Source of the DNA: Barthelona sp. PAP020
Taxonomy: Eukaryota
Direction: 5' to 3'
Assembly: GCA_040182905.1 (NCBI GenBank)
Contig: JARQWU010000068.1
Location: 1 to 39,350, forward strand
Length of the DNA: 39,350 nucleotides
A program made the translations under genes and the position numbers. The notes beneath the pieces are model-generated. The model did no database searches. It saw only the letters and a list, made by a program, of their open reading frames with translations, and was not told where the DNA came from. How positions within the stretch are numbered: position 1 is the stretch's first letter; every line of letters starts with the position of its first letter. Of the stretch, positions 9,406-19,900 are shown one piece after another.

Positions 9406-9994
9406 TTAAAGAGCACTTTCTTCAACAGTTCTAAGATATTCACCAATATCGCCTTGTCTAAAACATATAATTTCATCATCACCTAATCGTTTTATGTCAA
9501 TAATTGGCCTGGCCAAAGTGCCAAACCCAATAGGAATTTCATTTTGATTAAAAACAACAACTCCTGCATATTGAGGAGTATTTTCAGTAATATATGTTAA
9601 CCCTCCCTTTAAAACATTATTTCCGTAGCAAAAACTTAATTCTGCAGATGGTTTCACATACATTTTATATAAACAAAATTGTTGTAAATAATCTAAAGCT
9701 GTAATTTGTAAATGGAATTTTCCAGAATGTGTAAATTTACCAAAACAAACACCTAAAGTGACTAATTGCTTTCTTGGAACAGGAATTGAAGAATTAAGCA
9801 TTGATTCAGATATATAATATACTCGGTCATTATGCAAACGGAAACAATGAGGTTCATCCTTTCTATCTAATAATTGTTTGACATTTGATCCAATACTAAT
9901 TTTTGGTTAGTTTTTAAATTTAAAAGAATTAATAATACAATTTCGTTAATTTCTCAAAGAATGTTTTAGTTTCTTCCTCAGACAAAGGACGCAT
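9406..9994 (-). CDS. NIP7: 60S ribosome biogenesis protein NIP7; two exons: 9994-9939 and 9895-9406 (181 aa)
   Basis: Splicing out 9938-9896 gives [46 protein letters not shown]..., the typical NIP7 N-terminus, followed by GKFTHSGKFHLQITALDYL and a PUA domain ending in DIGEYLR. Confidence 0.95.
9896..9938 (-). other. 43-nt spliceosomal GT-AG intron (phase 2) in NIP7
   Basis: GTATTATTAATTCTTTTAAATTTAAAAACTAACCAAAAATTAG has a GT donor, an ACTAAC branch point and a TAG acceptor. Removing it restores the reading frame and the homology. Confidence 0.93.
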
Positions 9995-10118
9995 AGAAAA
10001 GAAAAATTTGTTTTTTCTTTTTATTTATTGAATAGACAATGTACAAAAAGTTAAAACAAATACAATATAAATTTATTATTTAAACAAGTATGAACAATCT
10101 ATCCAAAATGTCTTTGTT

Positions 10119-10841
10119 TTAATGGAAAGTTTTTCTGTTAGTAGGTTCAAAATTTCTTCTTCTGCCAGATCTTTTATCATTTTTGTGATATTTTTTTTTG
10201 CGAAAAAACATCTTCTTTTTCAAGGAAATATGATTCCCAGGTCCAATGCCACCCCCCAATCTTCTGGGCAGCCATCTATCATCAATCCTTGCTCTTTGTT
10301 TATCCACTATAATTTTTCTCCCATGAATAACCAGATTAAACAGCTGTTTATACGAATCTCTTTGGGAAGATTCATGTTCAAATTCGACAAAAGCATATCC
10401 TTTTGGTTGGCCTTTCTGATTTCTTATCATATTGATTCCTCTTATTGGACCAAAAGGAAGTAATATTGATTCTAACTGTTGTTCGGTTAAATCAAAAGGA
10501 AGATTTGATAAGAATAACGTTTTAAATGGATTATTATCAAAAACTGGGTCGTAATTGTTCACACATTCTTTCAAAAAACGAGTCTTGTTCAAATTTTTTT
10601 GATGGAGTTCTTTTTCATGGGCATCTGTAGACCACTGAAATTCTCTCAACTTGCTTTCGGATTTATTTAAATCATTGTCGTTACGAATGTTCGATTCATT
10701 GATTTTTAAAGAAGTTGGAAGGAATGCGCCAACAGAACTCATGGGTTTAAATGAAGTCTTTGATTTTGATTTAAATTGTATAATTGAATCTCCTGGCTCA
10801 AACAATTGAAAAAGATGAGGAGGAAGATTTGGTGCAGTCAT
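10119..10841 (-). CDS. SNRNP70: U1 snRNP 70 kDa protein (U1-70K)
   Basis: N-terminal MTAPNLPPHLFQLFEP, NPFKTLFLSNL (RNP2), KGYAFVEF (RNP1) and the diagnostic WLPRRLGGGIG after the RRM; short basic tail. Confidence 0.93.
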   Translation of the reverse strand: MTAPNLPPHLFQLFEPGDSIIQFKSKSKTSFKPMSSVGAFLPTSLKINESNIRNDNDLNKSESKLREFQWSTDAHEKELHQKNLNKTRFLKECVNNYDPVFDNNPFKTLFLSNLPFDLTEQQLESILLPFGPIRGINMIRNQKGQPKGYAFVEFEHESSQRDSYKQLFNLVIHGRKIIVDKQRARIDDRWLPRRLGGGIGPGNHISLKKKMFFRKKKYHKNDKRSGRRRNFEPTNRKTFH

Positions 10842-10904
10842 TCATAAATTGAAAAAAAAAAAAGAGAAGAAAAATTCTTTCCTTTTTTTTACAATTTTGC
10901 GTGT
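10842..10904. promoter_or_regulatory. 63-bp putative bidirectional promoter (U1-70K / dynein-like gene)
   Basis: Divergent ATGs; A12 tract on the left and T-tract on the right, so each gene has a sense-strand T-tract. Confidence 0.55.
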
Positions 10905-13900
10905 ATGTCATCCGATAGTCGATTAAAATGGGTTGTTTCGAAATTAAAAGTGATGCTTTGTGAAAATGAACCAAGATATTTAGTTGCTATGTTGAAACAA
11001 GCATCAATAATGCCCGAAATTGAACGATTTTTAAACAACAGAACACCTTCTTTAATATATATACTTGTTCGACATATTCCTTGTACAGTCGTTGTGTCTG
11101 ATAGTGATGTATATGAAGATAAAGAAATTTCTTTGCCGTATACTTTGGAATTATTGTCTAATTCTTCAAGAATAGACACAAATGGGATATACTTTGCAAA
11201 AAAATTTCCTGTTCGTATCACAGATGATAATATTGAATCCCAAGTTCTCTTTGGGCAATTGTCTTCGAGACCTCTTGAAAGTTTGAAATTATTACTACGT
11301 GAAGTTTTTGTTCCTTTACTAGTATCTGAACATCAAGATATGGAAAAAGAAGTATCTAATGATTTAAAAAACATCAAGAAGGATAACAACAATGCAATAA
11401 TTGAGGAATTGAATACATTTTCTGTTACATTAACGGAGAATTTGGAAAATATTCATAAAAATCCGTATCTTCAGCAACCTCCTTCAGATTTTGATATTGA
11501 TCCAAAAAACCCAAATCCTATGCTTCCCAAATCAGTTATTATAACGTGTGAATCACTAATTCACCAATGGATTGATGTGATAGAACCATTAGTTTCATCA
11601 CCTAATTTGACAAATGAACGTTTATTAATGGGCGATCCTGGACCTCGATCAGAATATGCATTTTGGTCGTTAAGATTTGCCCAATTATCTTCTTTACAAC
11701 AACAATTGAGAACGCGTCCTATGCGTGGTGTTTTAGCCGCACTTGGTGTTGGTAAGAGTATGGAACTCAAAAGTTGGAGGGTTATGGAATCAAAGCTTGC
11801 AGAAAGCGTTTCAGTAGCAAAAGATTCTGAGAAATATCTTGGAATGTTGAATAGAATTCTAAATCCTTTGTATGGAAAGACTCCTTCATTCAAGGGAATT
11901 ATGGATAATTTTACCCAATTATTTGATATTTTGAAAAATATTTATGAAAATTGTAAATTCTATAAAGACGAGGCTGAGTTCATTGTTCTTTTTCAAAAAA
12001 TAATGTTTCAAATTTTAAAATTTTCAAAAATAGTCTTATTTGAGTCAGATGTTTTCTATTTTAGTCAACTTTTGAAAATACGCTCCATTGAAGATTCCAT
12101 TGTTTTGCTTGAAAAGATTGAAGAATTTTGTCGCAGATTTAAATTTCATTATGATCAGTCAAAGTCTCAATCAATGATGTCTGATGGAAAATTATTTAAA
12201 TTTGATGAATTGGTTGTTTTTAAGCAACTTGAAATTTTTCTTGAAGCTCATTCTTATTTGTCCAATTTACTCAAATGTTTTTCTATATACAGTGAGATCA
12301 TGCCAAATTTTTCTCTTGTTCTGCAAAGCATTTCGCTTAACCAAGGAGAATTTGATAATTTTAATGAGTTACTTCAAGAACTTGTTGATTGTATTACAAA
12401 TCTTGAAAAGTTAAACATGGATCCACTTGATTTGTATCATTCTTTGTTTAAATCTCATTATATTAAATTTGTTCATTCTTTATCTGGTTTTGAAGCAAGG
12501 CTCATTCAATTACTTCCTAGTTTTTTCAATAAACCTGGAAATTCTGATATATCCAATCGTATGCAAATTGTTTTGAAATTTTATCGTTTGGCTGAAAGAG
12601 ATAATTTACGTTCAATTATTGAAGAAGAGGCAAACAACATTGTCATATTGTTTGAAGAATTGTTGGACGAAATTGAAAGAGATTACGCTCGGCATAAAGA
12701 TGCTCCTCCAATTGGTAGAGATACCCCACCAGTTGCTGGACGACTCATGTGGTGTGAAACATTATTGAAAAGATTGGAAATGCCAATGGAAAAATTTATA
12801 CTTGTGAAAGAGTGTGGACTTGTTTCAAACAGGCAATCAAAAGGTGTAATTTCAAAATATAACAAGCTTATTACAATTATTGTTCAATATCAAACAATGT
12901 TTCATTATGGTTGGGCTAAAGATGTTTCAGAGCTAAAACGTGGACTTAATTCTACTTTGTTTGTAAGATCTGATGATGGTGATTTACGCAGTGCATTTAA
13001 AGATTCACTTTTAGCATTAATACGTGAAGCCAGATATATTTCTAGAACTGATCAAAATCAATTACCACCTATTGCATTTCAAATTCTTGGACAACAACGT
13101 CGCTATTTGGGATATCGTGATCAAATTCTTTGTGTTTTGGATCGACGAATGCAGGTACTTTTCTCAGTTCAAAATATATACAAATTGCTTTTCACACAGT
13201 TAAACGACTTAGAAATTGCATTAAAACCAGGTCATGATATTTTGACTTGGAATTCAATGAATATTGATGTTTTTTTATCAAATGTGCACTTAATTTTAAA
13301 TAAGATTGAAACACTCACAAATACCGTGAATAAGACCATTTCTGAAAGTATATATTCTCCATTGTATTCGACAGCATCTTTAAAATTAATTAATTTATCC
13401 TCTAATCATACACAATGTAGTCTCCCATTGACTTCATTCCTTGATAAACAATATGAGTGTGTTGAACAACATGTTATAGATTTTGGTGATATGTTAAACA
13501 AGCTTCAAGATTCTTTTAATCATATAAAACATGAGGTGATGACAAATTCCATCAACACTATTCCCGATGAAACAAAAGTTGATGATAGCCTTCTGGAATT
13601 GAAAGACAATTTGATTAGAGAAATTTCGTCCTTACTTTTTCATATTATTTTGAGTAGTCTTGAAGAATTTTATAATTTTGTTTTTGAGAAAATTCAAACC
13701 AAAGACTTTTCGTTGTGCAGCATTGATTTAATGTTTTCTGCACCATATATTAAACCTGTTGTTCGATTTGAACAAATTTGGGGTGATATTTTAAAATTGG
13801 TTCATCTTATTCTGGATTTTCCCAAAAGGTTTTCTGATTCATCTTTTTTTGGAGAAACGGAAGAATTTTTTTCATTTCAATTGAACAAATTTGGAGAATT

Positions 13901-16900
13901 GACAAAAGTTCAATGCCAATCAAACAAAATTCATCGCCAAATTATCAGCAATCCGCGTATTCACAAACTCTTGTTCAAATTTCGAAAATTACATCAAATT
14001 ATTTCTGATAATATGGATGATATATGTGTTGATCTTCAAGATCAATTCAGTTGGTTATGTAACAACGATTTTTCTGGCTTGCAAGTTTCAGATAATCTTA
14101 GTATGACCATATTTGCATTTGAAAAACAATTTCAACAGTTCGCAAAATATCATCAAGTCATTGTTGATTTGGATACTTTTGTTCCAATTAAATCCAGTCC
14201 TAATTTCTTGTGTGTAAATTTATCAAAATTAAAAGAAGCTCTTTTGAGTGAATTACAAATTTGGAAGGTTAGTTACAGTCGTCCATTGCGTCTTTTGATA
14301 AAGGACCGTTTAATTTCTGTAATTAACACATGTGGTCAATTTTTATCTGCTTTTTCAACAAATGTCACTGCTCTTGAAAATTATCATGAGATGTATCAAT
14401 TTATATTAAATTTAAAAGAACGTAGCACTGAATTGGAACTTGAGATAAGTGAAATACGTTCAGTTTATTCCATGTTGACTTCATATGGAGTTGGAATTCC
14501 ACCAGAAGCTTTCAGCAAAGCAGGTGAATTTCAGATTAAGTATTTGGAAGGTGTAACCAATCAGGAATATCGTACCCCTTTAGATCTGTTTAACAGTACT
14601 CAATTTATGGAAGAAGCTGGTTTAGATTTTGCAGAAACAGAGTCATATTTCACAGAAAATGAAATAATGTCTAATTTTATGGGATCAACCACTTCTTTGG
14701 GAAGTGCTTTTTCTCATAAAACATCCCAATCTAAAATATCAACATTAAGTGGTTCTGTTTATGAAGATACGATTGGTTCAAATGAAGGAAGGATATTTGA
14801 TCCTGCTTCACTGGATCCTCGTACGTTCAAGATGGTTGAACAACATATTATTGTGATCCAGAGTTGTTGGCGTGGATATTTGGTCCGTGAAGAGCTAAAA
14901 ATGGACAAATTAAAGTTCTTTAATGATTTTGATGACACAGACCTGCTTGATGAAATTAAAACAGAGGTTGATGATGATAAAATTGATCAAGAAGATGTTA
15001 TTATTGAGGAAGAACGACAAAAAAAGGATAAAAAATTGCAAAATCCCTTGAATGACAACAAAAACACTAAAACAGACGCATTTGAAGCGTTGCTTTTGGC
15101 AACAATGTCACAAGTTTGGCAATCTGTAATGGATAACATGTCTTCAACTGAATTACAATTAAAACAAGCAACACCAGAATTAATGGCGTTCGTTCAACAA
15201 AGAGAAAAACAACTCCAGGTTGATTTGACGAGAATTTCCAGCGATCTTGATGCTCGTGGAATTCTAGATTCATCTTTGACGATTCAAGAGTCTTTAAACA
15301 GATTTGGAGAATTTGAAAGATCTATTGATATTATTGAAGAAAATGTGAAAGTGTATGAACTTGGTTCACGTTTGTTTTTCTTGCCGTCTTTTAAAGGTAT
15401 GAAAGAGTTAAATCGTGTTCGTCAAATTCTTTCCCAAACTTCACTTCTTGTGTCCATTTTTAATCGTTCACGTACGTTTTTTGAACAATTATGTGAAACG
15501 CGATATAATAACATTGACCTTAAACAAGCAACTTCTGAAATTACTGAATTAAAAAGTATTTTGAATGAGGCCAATCCTGAATCACAAAGATCATCATTAG
15601 TTGCTGAGACTTCACAATATATTAAACAGTTGGAAACGCTTGTTCCACTTGTAGAGATGCTTTATGGTGTAAAATTAATGACTCATCATTGGCAATGCCT
15701 TTTGGTTTCTGCTCTCAAGTTGAATTCACAAAAAAATCAAGACATGCAATCATCTGTTGCTGTTGGAAAAAGTTTTATTCACTTGAACAATATTCAAACT
15801 GTTAGTGTTGATCTTGATCAATTGACCATTGGTGATTTAGTTAAGTATCATGTTTTTGAATCTGGTGAATTAATAAGCTACATAGTTGAATTGGCCAATC
15901 GCGACAATTTGGCTGATGAATGGTTAAAACATTTCCGCGATTTTTGGAGGTCTCGTTTGTTTAAAATTACAGATGGAGCATCTCGTATGTTCGATACGAA
16001 GCAAATTCATGATTTATTAGAACAACTTGAGACAGATTCATCAAAATGTAAGTCCTTAATTATTTCAATCAGTGATTTAAACGATTCCCGAGACTCTTTA
16101 ATTTCAGTTGCTGATTTTTCAAGCAATGGAGAAGTTGTTGGCAATCTTTCGTTGTCTTTAAAAGCTGTAAAAGTTATTACAGATGTTTTAACCTCTTTAT
16201 TGACAATTCAATCTCGAATCGATCGTCTGTCTATTGTTATTAAACGTGCTATTGGTGCTTCTCCAATTCTTCGTGAGCGTTTTTCTTCTTTACTAGAAGC
16301 ATGGAGAGATGTGGACAATCTTTGGTCAGCGTTGCTTAATCAAGTGGACAAAGTAGAAAAACGTATGATTGATTTTTGTTTTGACTCATTCGTTGTCGTT
16401 GTTGAACCATGTCGTGTGGTTTCTATTTTGCTTGATCGACTTTCAGAATCTGTTGATCCAAAGCAATTAGACTTCCATGAATTCTTTTTGCACTGTAGAT
16501 TAGAAAATCCTCGTTTATTTATGCTCACGGATGATGAACTGTTGAGTTGTCTTGCAGGAGCATTGGCTGATTCTCCATTTATTTCAGATAAGGTTGTTCA
16601 ATCAATTTTCCCTGGTTTTGATAGTTTTGTATTTGATCGTATTGATCAAACGAAAGTGGTTCAATTACGTTCGAAGTGTGGTGAATTACTTCCTTTATGC
16701 AGACCTGTTCAACTTTTCCGAGCAAATCAAGATGAAGACATGAGTCAAACCACAGCAATCATTGCCCTGAATTCTGTTGTTGAAACCATGCAAGAAACTG
16801 TTCTTCAGTTATTAATCAACGCTTTTGATGGATTGTCAAATTCTTCTTCTTATTCTCTTCTTGATCATTATCCTTCTCAAATGGCAACTGTTGCAGAAAG

Positions 16901-19900
16901 ATTGAAATTCTCTGGTGATATTAAATCAATTGCCAAATTAAAACGTGCTGGGAAAGAAAAATCTGTTGGAGATGAGTTGTTTCATCAAATTGTCTCATAT
17001 GTTAATGTTCTTTCTCAACCATTGTTGAATCAGTTTGGAACCGCAGGTATTTCTCTCAATGAAAATGAATTGGGTTTTCCTTCAAAACTTCATTTGCATA
17101 AAACCAAACAATTACTTTCTGTTGTGATTCAACATCGAGACTTTCTGGAACGATTCTTAAACACAAAGGTGATACGCAGTGAAAACACAGAATTGCAGGG
17201 CATTTTATTATACAATCTTGATCTTAGAAAGCCTTTGATTCAAGTGTCTTTGGGTAATGATGGACCTTTTCCATATGGTAACGAATTCATTTCTGCTCCA
17301 ATTTCACGTTTTGAGCGTGGTATTTCTGGTAGTTTTATTGAAACCCCAATTTTTACAACGGGTATAATGGAAGACCTTGAAGGAATTGCTGCTTCTTTAA
17401 GTGGAAATCAAATTGGCACAATACTATCTGATAAAGATCCTTCTTTCCCATCTCGTAGTGTTCAAATATTTGCCAATTTGCTTGGAAGGCCATTTTATAC
17501 GTATTTCCTTGAAATTCAACCGCCAGTTAGTGTATTGTGCAATTTAATTTGTGGTGCTGTTATTGGTGGAAGTTGGTTGATGTTCGAAAATTTTGATCGT
17601 CTTCCCAAATCTGCACGAGTTGCTATTTATCCTCTAATTTCGGAGGTGTACAACTCAATTTTGAATGAAAAGCCAAATGTTCAGCCTTTTGGATTTTTTG
17701 AACCCTTATCTATTTCAAATGCATTCTCATTCTTCATCTCTTTATCGGATGCAGTTGAAAACAGTTCTGACTTTTCTTTAGAAATTCAAAAATATTTGAG
17801 ACCTGTTCGATTGAACGCACCTAAATTTGAAGAAGTTATTGCATTTTACACACACAGTTGTGGATTTTCTGATAATTCTGATATTTCGAACAAAATTTTA
17901 AAGGTATTCAAGCTTTTAGAACTTCATTTTAATCGTCCCTTTGTAATTTCTCATTTAAGGGATGTTTTGAGTTTTATGGAAGCCACTGGAAAAGTTTTTG
18001 CTTCTAATGGGTATCGTAAGACTGTATCAAATACTCGTCAAAGAAGTGCTTTCAGTACAGAAGTGAAAATTGCCATTTCAGCATTAATTAATTGTTTGGG
18101 TGGTCAATTTTCTCGTTCTAACACAGATAAAGTTGAAAATGAAATAATTGTTCAGTACTTTGGAAATCCACAACCTATGAATATTGAGATAAAAACTTCA
18201 CGTGAACAAGTAAAGAAAGTAGGAAAAAAAGGAAGAACCCCTGCCCGACAACCCAAAGAAGTTTTGATCTTAAATGAAGAACCCAAATTTTTCAGTGAAT
18301 TTGCTGCTTTTAAACATATTTTACAATCTGTTTTTGACGTTGATGGGAGTCAATTGTCTTCCTATTCTTGTCACTTTAATCCTTATTTGTTGCATGCTAA
18401 TTCTGACAGCTTCCTTTTGAATAATGCAAAATATATTGAGCTTCATCGAAAGTATTGGTCAGATGAAACTAAAGACTCATCTTTTGAACCATTTTTTAAG
18501 CATGATGTTTCTGTTGATGTTGTCAACTTGAATATTTTTAAAGTGTATCAAGAATGTTGGAAAAAGATGGAATTGAGTCAATTTACGCCTTCTTTTATGG
18601 AATCATTGAATTCATTTGTGACACTTTCAGAATTTAACAACACATTCTGCATAGCTGGTCCTTCAAGGTCTGGAAAATCAACTTTTATCAAAATTGCATC
18701 TCGTGTTTTTGAAAAAATCACACAAAAGACTGTACATTGTGAAAATTTTTCCTTTTCTTCCATTGCACGTTTGATCAATCTTAACTTCGATTCTATTTTT
18801 GGTCTTGCGACTGAAGACAATGTTGTTGGAGAGTTGAGCCAGATTATTGACCGAGCCAATGAATCTGATGACATATTTTTCATTTCTTTTGATTGTGAAG
18901 ATGTTGACAATGAACTTTTTTCTTCTTCAAGCTATCTACTGAAGTTTTTTGAAAGTTTATACAATAGATCTTCTGTTTTTTGTAATAGTGATGGTAGATT
19001 TATCAATTTGGCAAAGAATTGCTTTTTATTTTTGGAAACTGATGATGATAAACTCGAAAATCAAAAAGAAATTCTTGAAATTTTCAAATTGATTCATCTT
19101 GATGATGCATCTGTTAATTGGACTCAAATTTTGAATGACTTTTTGAACAAACTTGAAGAAAGGCAAAAGAAACAAAAGAACACCAAATCATATGCTCTCA
19201 CATATGAAACAAATGTTTCAACTGCTTCAAGTTTGAAACAACTTTTTGATAAGTTTTTTGAAAATGCTTACACTGTTGTGTTTTCTCAACAAAGTCCAAA
19301 TAAGATACAATCAACACTTGTACCAAATCGTATTCAATGTATTGAAAATATTGTTACTATTTTAGCGTCTGTATTGCATTCATTAATTGGTCCATCAAGT
19401 CCTTTTCTCTTACCATTGCCTCCGCATATCACAGAAAGAGTATTTTTATACAGTCTTTTATGGGGTATGGGTTCTGGGCTTACTGAATTCTCCAGATCTA
19501 TTTTTTCTTCCCAATTGTTCAAACATGTTAAAATTTGTGGTCTTCCACAACAATACATAAAAGCACTGGAAACTTATTTGCAAATAAATGATATAAACGA
19601 TATCGATCCTTCAACACTACCAGAATTCACACCCTTTGATTTTATTTTAGATGATGCAACAGGAGAATGGGTATTTCTTGATAAAATTACAGCAGATCCA
19701 CCTGTTCCACCCACTATTGATCGCGGTGGAAAGTTTTATGATTTGGAAAAATTGGTCGTGCAATCTCGATCATCTTTGGGGTTAGAAAAGCTTATACAAT
19801 TATTATTGAATGCTTTGGGTTCTTCTTTATTGTCTAGAATGCCAAAAATTCTTGTCTCCAGTTTAGAAGGAGCATTGGGTAAATCATCATTCCTTTCAGA

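Noticed and set aside
9406..9837. NIP7 as an N-terminally truncated gene or pseudogene
   Set aside because: A canonical 43-nt intron restores the full 181-aa protein.
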